This document shows positions 1-9,430 of a stretch of DNA of 56,058 bases, in pieces. The first letter of the stretch is position 1. Every line of letters begins with the position of its first letter. The stretch is from sequence record DRR378314_232. One strand, 5' to 3'. A program made the translations under genes and the position numbers. Below the pieces are notes generated by a model. The model was not told where the DNA came from. It saw only the letters and a program-made list of their open reading frames with translations, and searched no databases.

Positions 1-92
1 TTCTCAAAATTGAGTTTCACTAATAAAATAAGCCCTAAATACCTCCTACCTTGTCACATGGTAATTTGTTATGGCCCTTATACATCTTGTGA

Positions 93-1481
93 CTATCGGC
101 CTAAAATGTAGCTAAACCCAACTACCACAAGGTCGGTGGTCATATCGTAGGCCACTTCGCTACCCGGGATAGCCCCCGTAGGATTGGTATCCGCATTCCA
201 CGGACCGCCAGCGCTATCCGGTGTCGGATTTAACAAGGGGCCACTGGTGGAACCACTGCTAGTTCCATGGTGATAGGCAACATCTAGGCTAAAGCGTGGA
301 TTGAGCTTATAGCTAAACCCAAACTGAAACGCATTTTTAATAACTGCCGTGGCAGGAGAGGACATAAAAACAAATTCGTCCCGAATAGGATTTTCACTAT
401 AGGTATATCCAATCCTTAAAGGCAAATTATGGATGCCTTTATATTGAAGTCCAGTTGAGACCACAGAGATACCTTGCCATCCAAAACCCTGGACGGCACC
501 GGTAGGAAACCCTGAGAAATCTCCACTTTCAGCCAATTGCCAGCCAGATTTTTTGAACCCATCGGTATTTTCATAGTCTATAAAACGGTAATCCAAGGCA
601 TAATCGAAATCCCCCATAGAATAACCGAGGCCCACGGAGTAGATGGCGGGGTAATCCATATTGAAATCTACACCTGGGGCCTCACTGCCGTCCAGATAAG
701 TATTATTAAAACTAAAATCATTGAAAATCTGTTTGGATTTATAGGAAGCACCTATCTTTAATCCACTTCCCGAGTCATAAAAAAGTCCAATTTGGGCTCC
801 AATTCCAAAAGCCGTAGCCTTGTCACTGTTGGGATAACCTAGAGTCTGACTAGGTGCTGCCAATGGATTGGGTCCAATTTCCAAGGTAGCATAATTAAAA
901 TTAGGTTGTATCCCCAAGGAAATCTTGTCCGTTAACTGATAGGAGTAGGCAAAACTAAGCTGCAAAAGGGCATAATCCGATTCTATATGTCCAAAGCCCC
1001 CTGAACTCTGCGGCATGGTTATGGGATTGTCTTGACTTTCGGGGAAAGTAACCCCAAAACCAGAAACCCCAAAGGCCGAAATTCCAAAGGTATGTTTGCT
1101 TTCATCCTTTCCCCAGACATAAGCCAAGGCCGGGAGTACGGAGACTCCCCTATCATCACCCGTTGTCCCACTAAAGGGCCCGTTTTGGGTTGGTACTGTC
1201 GATGAAATAGAAGGATCTGAAAAAAACAGGCCAGCATTAAAGGAAAGTATTTGTCCGTCAAATTTTGAAAGAGAGGCGGGATTCCACAATAACGCTCCGT
1301 TAATATCCAGGGGCTGAGCCGTGGCGGCCCCGCCCATCGACATGTTTACACCTCCTACCCCCTGAAGTACATGGCCTACCTGTGCTTTTGTAGTTGTGCC
1401 CAACATCAGTAAAAATAATGTAAGAAGAAATCCTCTGCTTTTCGCATTTGTCCTCATCAAGTCCTTGATTAATATGTCCAT
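93..1481 (-). CDS. OmpP1/FadL/TodX family outer-membrane transport protein
   Basis: Signal peptide followed by the FadL-type N-terminal hatch motif (MSMGGAATA...NPASL), amphipathic beta-strands and a C-terminal aromatic beta-signal (VGFSY). The true start may be the second Met (MRTNAK). Confidence 0.85.
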   Translation of the reverse strand: MDILIKDLMRTNAKSRGFLLTLFLLMLGTTTKAQVGHVLQGVGGVNMSMGGAATAQPLDINGALLWNPASLSKFDGQILSFNAGLFFSDPSISSTVPTQNGPFSGTTGDDRGVSVLPALAYVWGKDESKHTFGISAFGVSGFGVTFPESQDNPITMPQSSGGFGHIESDYALLQLSFAYSYQLTDKISLGIQPNFNYATLEIGPNPLAAPSQTLGYPNSDKATAFGIGAQIGLFYDSGSGLKIGASYKSKQIFNDFSFNNTYLDGSEAPGVDFNMDYPAIYSVGLGYSMGDFDYALDYRFIDYENTDGFKKSGWQLAESGDFSGFPTGAVQGFGWQGISVVSTGLQYKGIHNLPLRIGYTYSENPIRDEFVFMSSPATAVIKNAFQFGFSYKLNPRFSLDVAYHHGTSSGSTSGPLLNPTPDSAGGPWNADTNPTGAIPGSEVAYDMTTDLVVVGFSYILGR

Positions 1482-1541
1482 AAATGGTTATAATTTTTAA
1501 ATTTCGCGCCTAGCATAATTTTAGGCTATTCAAATGAGGCG

Positions 1542-1549
1542 CAAAAATA
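1542..1549 (-). promoter_or_regulatory. Bacteroidota sigma70 -7 element (TATTTTTG) for the fadL-like gene
   Basis: Exact TAnnTTTG match on the minus strand about 60 nt upstream of the ORF. Confidence 0.5.
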
Positions 1550-1554
1550 CAAAA

Positions 1555-1574
1555 ATTAAATCTATAGATTTAAT
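1555..1574. promoter_or_regulatory. Perfect 20-bp palindrome ATTAAATCTATAGATTTAAT, candidate operator
   Basis: Self-complementary and located immediately upstream of the fadL-like -7 element in the divergent intergenic region. Confidence 0.45.
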
Positions 1575-1856
1575 AGGATAACAAAATATTAAGAAGTAAC
1601 ATACAAAAGAACACCCCAGGCATTGATCGCAGGGGCAACATAAATACTACCGAGACAAAGAGGTTTATAATTATCTCAATCGGGACTTTGAATATCCTAA
1701 ACCCTTTAACATTAAAATTAGGAAATGTTCGATTTTTGGTAAATTATAATGCAAATCCAATAAAATTTAATAAGGAAAATAATTTTTAAAAAGTTTTATT
1801 TGTGTATCTCCCAGTTTTTGGGAAAATAATAATGATTTATTTAAAACCTATTTGTC

Positions 1857-2747
1857 ATGAATTCTACCTCTGGAATTATCCTTGCCATTTCATTGATCAT
1901 TATTATGTTCGGGATGGGCCTATCATTGACCCTTTCAGATTTTAAGAGGGTTGTTAGTTATCCAAAGGCCATGATCATAGGGCTTATCTGCCAGATGTTG
2001 TTGTTACCAATCATAGGATATTTCATTGCCATTTCCCTAAGTTTGTCGCCCACCACCGCTATTGGCATTATGTTGTTGGCGGCCTGTCCTGGAGGACCAA
2101 CATCCAACATGCTTACTTATTTGGCCAAAGGCGATTTGGCCTTGTCCGTTTCCCTAACGGCCGTGTCGAGTATTATTTCCATTTTAACCATCCCTTTCAT
2201 TGTGCAATTTGCATTGGAAGAATTTTCCAATGAAAGTATGGCCATTACTGTCGATGCCATAACCATGATAAAACAATTGTTGGTAATAGTCATCATACCT
2301 GTAGGAATCGGCATGTTGATAAAAAGCAAATTTGAAGCTTTTGCCAACAAGATGGAGAAACCCGTTAAAATAGCTTCTGCCATCATATTTGTATTGGTAA
2401 TCATTGGGGTAACCATTAGCGTCAAGGATGTTTTTATGAGTTACTTGAGCGAGGCAGGGCTACCGGCCATTCTGCTCAATGTGAGTACCATGACCATAGG
2501 GTTTTTAATGGCAGTACTTTTTAAACTAACAAGACCACAGGCCATAAGTATATCCATTGAAACCGGAATACAAAACGGAACCTTGGCAATAACATTGGCT
2601 ACAATTGCCCTAAACAATGCGGAATACTCTATTGTACCTGCCATATACGGGCTCTTAATGTTCATTACTGCCACAGTAATTATTTTTATCCGTAAACCAC
2701 TTGGGATAAAAGATGAATTAAGCCTGGACAAAGACCCGGCCAATTAA
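1857..2747 (+). CDS. Bile acid:sodium symporter (BASS/SLC10) family protein
   Basis: MFGMGLSL, ACPGGPTSN and ETGIQNGTLA motifs; about 9 TM helices. Confidence 0.92.
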   Translation: MNSTSGIILAISLIIIMFGMGLSLTLSDFKRVVSYPKAMIIGLICQMLLLPIIGYFIAISLSLSPTTAIGIMLLAACPGGPTSNMLTYLAKGDLALSVSLTAVSSIISILTIPFIVQFALEEFSNESMAITVDAITMIKQLLVIVIIPVGIGMLIKSKFEAFANKMEKPVKIASAIIFVLVIIGVTISVKDVFMSYLSEAGLPAILLNVSTMTIGFLMAVLFKLTRPQAISISIETGIQNGTLAITLATIALNNAEYSIVPAIYGLLMFITATVIIFIRKPLGIKDELSLDKDPAN

Positions 2748-2763
2748 TCCTTGCAAACATAAG

Positions 2764-4044
2764 ATGGGAAAAAATCGATTTATTGTTGCCCTTATTTTAT
2801 TCATCTTTTTTGTCATTTCCTTTCTAACCAATATTTTAGGCCCCTTGATCCCTGATATCATATCGGATTTCAAGGTTAGTTTAACCATGGCCGCCCTATT
2901 GCCATTTGCCTTTTTTGTTGCTTATGGTGTATTTTCCATTCCCTCTGGGGTAGCGGTAGAGCGCTACGGCGAAAAACAAGTGATCTTGTCCGCATTTTTA
3001 ATATCCTTTATCGGTGCCATTTTATTTTCAATTTTTCCCAATTTTCCCATAGCGCTAATATCCCTATTTTTAATTGGTTCGGGAATGGCCATGTTGCAGG
3101 TGGCTATTAATCCCTTATTAAGGGTTGCTGGGGGTGAGGAGCATTTTGCCTTTAATTCCGTTATGGGCCAATTGGCGTTTGGAATGGCCTCTTTTATGAG
3201 TCCCTTCCTTTTCACATACCTAGTGCTTAATTTGGAAGACTACCCTGGCCCTGACAATTCCAATTTTATCATCAACATTTTTCACAACATAGTGCCCGAG
3301 AATTTACCTTGGGTTTCCCTTTACTGGATATTTGCGATGATCTCGCTCATTATGGTCATCTTCATATATCCCATAATATTGCCCAAGGTTGAAAGGAATG
3401 AAGAGGAAAAAGCGGGTTCATGGGCCACAAACAAAGACTTGTTAAAAAACAAAAAAGTAATCCTATTCTTTATGGGCCTATTTGCATATGTGGGTACTGA
3501 ACAGGGTGTAGCCAATTGGATGTCCCAATTTTTATCGGAATATCATGGTTTGGACCCTAGAATAGAGGGTGCCAATGCCATATCCTTGTTTTGGGGATTA
3601 TTGACGGTGGGCTGTATCTTAGGGTTACTACTATTGAAATTTATGGATAGCAAATTGGTACTTAAAATATTTTCAGGGGCTGCCATTCTAAGTTTGACAG
3701 CAGCACTTTTCGGCCCTGCCCATATAGCGGTTTTGGCGTTCCCCCTGGTAGGCTTTTTTGCCTCTGTAATGTGGTCCGTTATTTTTTCCCTAGCATTGAA
3801 CTCCGTTAAGGAAAACCACGGAGCCCTGTCTGGCATATTGTGTTCCGGAATTGTTGGTGGGGCCATTGTCCCCCTTATAGTCGGGGCTTTAGGTGATTTG
3901 GTTGGACTAAAAGGTGGAATGTTCTTTTTGTACATCACACTTGGATTTATTTTTAGCATCGGATTTTGGGCAAGCCCCTTAGTCAATAACAAAACAATAA
4001 AGCTTAAAGAATTTTTAGGCAATAATAAAAAATCTGAACCTTAA
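2764..4044 (+). CDS. MFS sugar transporter, FucP/GluP family
   Basis: About 12 TM helices; LQVAINP and YVGTEQG motifs typical of the fucose/glucose:H+ symporter family. Confidence 0.88.
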   Translation: MGKNRFIVALILFIFFVISFLTNILGPLIPDIISDFKVSLTMAALLPFAFFVAYGVFSIPSGVAVERYGEKQVILSAFLISFIGAILFSIFPNFPIALISLFLIGSGMAMLQVAINPLLRVAGGEEHFAFNSVMGQLAFGMASFMSPFLFTYLVLNLEDYPGPDNSNFIINIFHNIVPENLPWVSLYWIFAMISLIMVIFIYPIILPKVERNEEEKAGSWATNKDLLKNKKVILFFMGLFAYVGTEQGVANWMSQFLSEYHGLDPRIEGANAISLFWGLLTVGCILGLLLLKFMDSKLVLKIFSGAAILSLTAALFGPAHIAVLAFPLVGFFASVMWSVIFSLALNSVKENHGALSGILCSGIVGGAIVPLIVGALGDLVGLKGGMFFLYITLGFIFSIGFWASPLVNNKTIKLKEFLGNNKKSEP

Positions 4045-4056
4045 GGATAATAAATT

Positions 4057-5010
4057 ATGCTCATGAGAATAGTATTTGTTATATGGATATTTCTATTGCT
4101 TGTTGGCTGTAAGCCCAATCAATACGATCCTTCCCTGCCGCCCAAAGGCTTTGCAAATAACATTACTCTTAAGATAGCGTATACGCTAGGTGCTATTGAG
4201 CCCACCATTACCAAGGTAGCTATCCCGGAAACCATCCAAGAATATAAGGATCTGGTTTATAAGACCATCGACTCCACCTCATTAAAGCTGGATATATATC
4301 GACCTAAAGCCTTAAAAAAAGATGCTCCCCTTATTATTTTTATACATGGTGGCGCTTGGGAAAAAGGAAAGAAAAGCAATGTGTTGCATTATTTGATCAG
4401 TTATGCAGAGAAGGGATACGTAACAGCAACCATACAATACAGATTAAGCGGCGTGGCAAAGTACCCTGCACAAATCTTGGATGTTGCAGATGCCGTTCAA
4501 TGGTTGAAACAGCATGCAAAGGAATACAACATTAATGTAAATAAGGTAGCCATAGCCGGTGGTTCTGCAGGGGCACATTTGGCCATGCAGTACGCCTATG
4601 CCCATTCTTCCAATACCGTTGAAAGCAATGGTATACCCACCAATGTGCAGGCAGTAATAAATATTTATGGGCCTTCCGATTTAACAACCGAAATTGCAAA
4701 AAAAGAAAAAAGGGTACATCGATTATTTGGAAAGACTTATGGGGAAGCCCCGGAAATGTACAAAAGTGCTTCACCAATTTTATATGTAAATAAAAACTCC
4801 CCGCCAACTATTTCCTTTCATGGCACTTTGGATGAACTGGTCCCTTATGGTCAGTCCAAAAAACTTCATGAAACCCTAAAATCTTATGGGGTACCCACTT
4901 ACTATCACGAATTAAAGGGTTGGCCACATGCCATGGACCTTTCCGCAAAGGTGTTCTCCTATATTCAATATCATACAGATATATTCTTGGAAAAACATTT
5001 AAAATTATGA
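4057..5010 (+). CDS. Alpha/beta hydrolase (HSL-type esterase/lipase), lipoprotein, copy 1
   Basis: Lipobox LLVGC; oxyanion HGGAW; nucleophile GGSAG; HGTLDELV (Asp) and GWPH (His). Confidence 0.9.
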   Translation: MLMRIVFVIWIFLLLVGCKPNQYDPSLPPKGFANNITLKIAYTLGAIEPTITKVAIPETIQEYKDLVYKTIDSTSLKLDIYRPKALKKDAPLIIFIHGGAWEKGKKSNVLHYLISYAEKGYVTATIQYRLSGVAKYPAQILDVADAVQWLKQHAKEYNINVNKVAIAGGSAGAHLAMQYAYAHSSNTVESNGIPTNVQAVINIYGPSDLTTEIAKKEKRVHRLFGKTYGEAPEMYKSASPILYVNKNSPPTISFHGTLDELVPYGQSKKLHETLKSYGVPTYYHELKGWPHAMDLSAKVFSYIQYHTDIFLEKHLKL

Positions 5011-5963
5011 TTAGAAATATATTCATTCCCATAATTGCACTAACCTTATTGCTGGGCTGTAAGGCCAAACAGTATGATGTGTCCGTACCCCCAAAGGGAT
5101 ATTCCAACAATACCACCTTAAAGATAGCCTATGCAACTGGAGCTTTAAAATTAATTGAAAGAGACTTCCCTGTTCCTGAGGATATAAAGGAATACAAAGA
5201 TGTCGTCTACAAAACCGTGGACTCCATTCCACTTAAATTGGACATTTACCATTCCAAGGATATAAAAAAAGATGCTCCTCTCATAATTTTCATCCATGGC
5301 GGTGCTTGGAAAAAAGGAAACAAGCACGATTATTTGGTGTATCTAGCCAGTTTTGCTCAAAAGGGCTATGTTACAGCTACTATTCAATACAGATTAACGG
5401 ATGACGCAAAATATCCTGCCCAGCTACATGATGTGGAAGACGCAGTGAGATGGCTTAAACTAAATGCCGCCAATTATCATATAGATGCCAGTAAAGTTGC
5501 CTTGGTCGGCGGTTCTGCGGGTGGCCATTTGGCCATGCTGAATGCCTATTCCAACACTGCTGATGACGTGGATGCAAACGGGGTTTCTGCCAATGTACAG
5601 GCTCTTGTAAATTTTTATGGCCCTTCCAACCTTACCGATGAAACGGCCATAAATGCATCCTCGGTTCAATATCTGATAGGTAAATCCTATGAAGAGGCTC
5701 CAGAAATGTATAAAAAGGCCTCCCCCTTGTTTCTAATCTCCAAAGACGTGCCCCCGACCCTTACATTCCAAGGCACTTTGGACGAGTTGGTTCCCTATGA
5801 ACAATCGGACATTTTACATGCTACCCTACAAAAGGCCGGTGCCATTTCGTATTATCACAAACTAAAAGGGTGGCCACATACCATGGATGCCTCGGTAAAA
5901 GTCAATGCCTATTGCCAATACCACATGGATCGATTTTTTGAAAAGTACATCCCATTAAACTAA
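5007..5963 (+). CDS. Alpha/beta hydrolase (HSL-type esterase/lipase), lipoprotein, copy 2
   Basis: Start reassigned to ATG 5007 (ATGA overlap with the upstream stop; MIRNIF...LLLGC lipobox). HGGAW, GGSAGG, GTLDELV and GWPH present; clear paralog of the upstream gene. Confidence 0.9.
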   Translation: MIRNIFIPIIALTLLLGCKAKQYDVSVPPKGYSNNTTLKIAYATGALKLIERDFPVPEDIKEYKDVVYKTVDSIPLKLDIYHSKDIKKDAPLIIFIHGGAWKKGNKHDYLVYLASFAQKGYVTATIQYRLTDDAKYPAQLHDVEDAVRWLKLNAANYHIDASKVALVGGSAGGHLAMLNAYSNTADDVDANGVSANVQALVNFYGPSNLTDETAINASSVQYLIGKSYEEAPEMYKKASPLFLISKDVPPTLTFQGTLDELVPYEQSDILHATLQKAGAISYYHKLKGWPHTMDASVKVNAYCQYHMDRFFEKYIPLN

Positions 5964-5979
5964 AAAATTAGGAATCCCA

Positions 5980-8346
5980 ATGAAGTTGCTCAAAAGAATA
6001 GCGAAAATCACAGCCTATGCCATGGGAATGGTCATAGGCCTAGTGCTTCTTGCTATTTTTATAGCTAGCTATAAATACAATAGTATTGTAAAGGCAACTC
6101 CAAAAAACCAAACAGAAAGCGTAAGCCCGGGAGAATTGGGCAAATATGTAAATACCTTTATAGGTACCGGAGGCTTTCCGTATTGGGTATGTGGATTTAA
6201 CTTTCCGGGCGCTACGGTTCCCTTTGGAATGGTCCGCCTAAGTCCTGAAACCATGTCTTTCTACAATAACACCAAAGATTTTAGCACTTCTGGGTATTAC
6301 TATGGGGACAACAAAATATTAGGCTTTAGCCATACCCGATTGGCTGGTACAGGTGCAACCGATGGAGGGCATTTTCTATTTACACCTACAACTACCCCCA
6401 GTGATAAAGTTGATTTCACATTGGATTATGCACATAAATTTTCCCATAAGGATGAAATCGCATTTCCGGGCTATTATCGTGTAACATTGAAAAAAGAGGG
6501 CATTGTTGCCGAACTTACGGCCACGGAACGTAGCGGCCTTCACCGATATACCTTTCCAAAAGAAGGCAACAAAAATTTAATTATCCATATTACCAATACC
6601 ACTGGAAACCACCGTGCTAAAGAAGGATTTGTCCACATACTCCCCAAAAACAATGAAATTGAAGGTTCGGTTAGGACATTTGGCAGCTTTGCAAGTCGAT
6701 TCGGTGGGGTTCAGGTATATTTCGTGGCAAAATTTGACCATTCCTTTTCCAACTATGGCATCTGGGATGGACAATCATTGGACAAAAGGGGCCTGAGCAA
6801 AAAAAGTGATAGTTTAAAAATATATCTCGGTTTTACCCAAGAAAGTATAAATGCCAAAGTTGGTATTTCGCATATAAGCATTGAAAATGCCCGTTTAAAC
6901 CTGGAGACGGAGGTTGGCCATGGTAATTTTACCGAAATACTTCACATGGCCAGGGACAAATGGGAAAGCAAACTGGCATTAATCAAGATCGAAGGTGGCT
7001 CCTTCGAAGAAAAAAAAGTCTTTTACAGTGCTTTATATAGGAGCTTTCAAATGCCGACCATCTTTAATGATGTTAATGGGGAATACATGGGATTCGACAA
7101 AAAAACACATCAGGCTACCGATTTCAATTACTACACGGATCTGTCCTTATGGGACACTTTCCGCACTGTGCATCCATTATTCAATCTAATAGCAAAGGAA
7201 GAGCAGAGGGACATGTTGGTCTCCTTGGTGGAAATGTCAAAACACGGGGGAAGCCTGCCGCGCTGGCCCTCGGGATACGGATATAGCAACTCCATGCTGG
7301 GTTCCCCTGTGGATATGGTCATTACAGAATCTTACCTAAAGGGTATACGCAATTTTGACGTGAACCTTGCCTATACAAAAATGAGGCGGGTAGCCCTGGA
7401 GTCCATACCCAAAGACAGTTCCGCTGCTGGCCGGGAAGAGATAGACGGATACCTTACCTATGGCTATTGCCCTACAGAATTTGGGGATGAAGCCGTTAGC
7501 AAGACCTTGGAATATGCCTGGGCCGACCATTCCATAAGCCTATTGGCCAAAGAATTACATCGCCCTGAAGATCAAGCCCTTTTTGAAAGACATTCCAAAT
7601 TTTATAAAAATGTTTGGAATCCAGATACCCAATATTTTCAACCCAGACATAAGGATGGACGATTTGTGGAAAAATTTAAGCCCTTGCAGCTTACCTACAC
7701 GGATTGGGACGATGAGTATACCAAGGACTATACCGAAGGGAGTGCACTGCAATGGCGATGGGCAGTGCCCTATGATACAGATGGCCTTGTATCCCTTTTT
7801 AAGGACAAGGATTATTTTGTGAACGAACTAAACAACTTTTTTGCCAAAGCAGATCCAAAAATGGCTGCTTGGACCCCAGGCTCCTACTATTGGCATGGCA
7901 ATGAACCGGATATCCATGCTGCCTACCTATTCAATGCTGTGGAACGGCCAGACTTGACCCAAAAATGGGTTCGTTGGATACTGGACAATAAATACGACAA
8001 TTCCTATATGGGCATAGACGGCAATGATGACGCAGGCACCTTGTCGGCCTGGTATGTTTTTAGCTCCCTTGGGTTTTATCCTATTGCCGGAACGGACATT
8101 TATCAACTGGGCGCACCATTATTTAAGAATGCTGTTCTACAAATGGGCGAACATCAATTGAACATTGGTACGGAAAACTACGATCCCAATAACATCTATG
8201 TAAAAAAAATACTGCTGAACAGCAAGCCCTTAGACCGCACTTGGTTAAAGCACGAAGAAATTGCCAATGGCGGTCAACTAACTTTTATAATGGCAAAAGA
8301 GCCACACCTTTTAATTAATCAACAATCATCTAAATCCACATTATGA
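5980..8346 (+). CDS. GH92 family alpha-mannosidase
   Basis: VNTFIGTGG, PGATVPFGMV, GFSHT, SLWDTFR, YTEG (catalytic acid), HGNEP and GNDDAG (catalytic base) motifs; N-terminal TM anchor. Confidence 0.93.
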   Translation: MKLLKRIAKITAYAMGMVIGLVLLAIFIASYKYNSIVKATPKNQTESVSPGELGKYVNTFIGTGGFPYWVCGFNFPGATVPFGMVRLSPETMSFYNNTKDFSTSGYYYGDNKILGFSHTRLAGTGATDGGHFLFTPTTTPSDKVDFTLDYAHKFSHKDEIAFPGYYRVTLKKEGIVAELTATERSGLHRYTFPKEGNKNLIIHITNTTGNHRAKEGFVHILPKNNEIEGSVRTFGSFASRFGGVQVYFVAKFDHSFSNYGIWDGQSLDKRGLSKKSDSLKIYLGFTQESINAKVGISHISIENARLNLETEVGHGNFTEILHMARDKWESKLALIKIEGGSFEEKKVFYSALYRSFQMPTIFNDVNGEYMGFDKKTHQATDFNYYTDLSLWDTFRTVHPLFNLIAKEEQRDMLVSLVEMSKHGGSLPRWPSGYGYSNSMLGSPVDMVITESYLKGIRNFDVNLAYTKMRRVALESIPKDSSAAGREEIDGYLTYGYCPTEFGDEAVSKTLEYAWADHSISLLAKELHRPEDQALFERHSKFYKNVWNPDTQYFQPRHKDGRFVEKFKPLQLTYTDWDDEYTKDYTEGSALQWRWAVPYDTDGLVSLFKDKDYFVNELNNFFAKADPKMAAWTPGSYYWHGNEPDIHAAYLFNAVERPDLTQKWVRWILDNKYDNSYMGIDGNDDAGTLSAWYVFSSLGFYPIAGTDIYQLGAPLFKNAVLQMGEHQLNIGTENYDPNNIYVKKILLNSKPLDRTWLKHEEIANGGQLTFIMAKEPHLLINQQSSKSTL

Positions 8347-9422
8347 GACTTTTATTTTTATTGTGTACCTTGTTAGTAGTATCGTGTAAAGGAAAAATGG
8401 AAAAATTACCGGAAGTGGTTCCATTGGACCATCCTGCCATTGTGGAACAAGAATTTATTTATGAATTGGAAGATGCACTTACCCCTGAATGCCATGCCTC
8501 CACGGTAGAAGTAAGCAATGGGACCGTAATAGCCTCTTGGTTTGGTGGTACCGAAGAAAAAAATGATGATGTTGGCATTTGGGTATCACGAAAGACTGGC
8601 GGTTCATGGTCTACCCCGAAAGAAGTAGTGAACGGGGTACAGGAAGATGGCAGTAGATACCCATGTTGGAACCCAGTATTATTTAAACCCAAAGACCAAC
8701 CACTAATTTTATTTTACAAGGTAGGACCAAGTCCTACCGAATGGTGGGGATTATATATGACTTCCAATGATGATGGAAAAACTTGGTCCAAGCCCATACA
8801 TCTGCCAGAAGGTATTCTGGGGCCCATTAAAAATCAGCCCATACAATTGGCCAGTGGTGAAATACTCTCTCCGTCAAGCACGGAAGACGATACTGACGGA
8901 TGGAAAATACATCTAGAACTTAGTTCTGATAACGGAAAAACATGGTCCAAAACCCAGCCCCTTAATGATGGAAAGGAATTTGGCGCCATTCAACCCGTGG
9001 TACTAAATTATGGAAATGGCAAATTACAGCTTTTAAGCAGAACTGAAAACGAACTAGTTACTCAAAATTGGTCTTCGGATTACGGCATTACTTGGAGTAA
9101 AATGACGGCCACTTCCCTACCCAATCCCAATTCTGGTATTGATGGCGTAAGCCTAAAAGATGGGCGCCAATTGTTGGTATACAACCCTACCGGGAAAAAT
9201 TGGGGAGATCGAGTGCCATTGAGCCTGGCCCTGTCCAATGACGGCACAAATTGGAAACGTGTTTTGGACCTGGAACCCTTAAGGGAAAACACGGATAAGG
9301 AAGGGGAAGAATATTCCTATCCTACCATGATACAGGCTCCTGATGGGAAAGTACATATTGTATATACATGGAACAGAAAAACAGTGAAGTACATTGTTTT
9401 GGATCCGCAAAAACTTAATTAA
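8343..9422 (+). CDS. BNR/Asp-box beta-propeller lipoprotein (sialidase-like, BNR_2)
   Basis: Lipobox VVSC; Asp boxes SNDDGKTWS, SSDNGKTWS, SSDYGITWS, SNDGTNW; C-terminal EYSYP; no FRIP motif. Confidence 0.85.
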   Translation: MRLLFLLCTLLVVSCKGKMEKLPEVVPLDHPAIVEQEFIYELEDALTPECHASTVEVSNGTVIASWFGGTEEKNDDVGIWVSRKTGGSWSTPKEVVNGVQEDGSRYPCWNPVLFKPKDQPLILFYKVGPSPTEWWGLYMTSNDDGKTWSKPIHLPEGILGPIKNQPIQLASGEILSPSSTEDDTDGWKIHLELSSDNGKTWSKTQPLNDGKEFGAIQPVVLNYGNGKLQLLSRTENELVTQNWSSDYGITWSKMTATSLPNPNSGIDGVSLKDGRQLLVYNPTGKNWGDRVPLSLALSNDGTNWKRVLDLEPLRENTDKEGEEYSYPTMIQAPDGKVHIVYTWNRKTVKYIVLDPQKLN

Positions 9423-9430
9423 AAACAATA

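Noticed and set aside
1820-1842. Fur-box-like AAAATAATAATGATTTATT upstream of the BASS gene
   Set aside because: Weak match in very AT-rich DNA with no iron-related genes.
4920-5006. N-terminal extension of esterase copy 2
   Set aside because: It overlaps the upstream paralog; ATG 5007 gives a lipoprotein signal matching copy 1.
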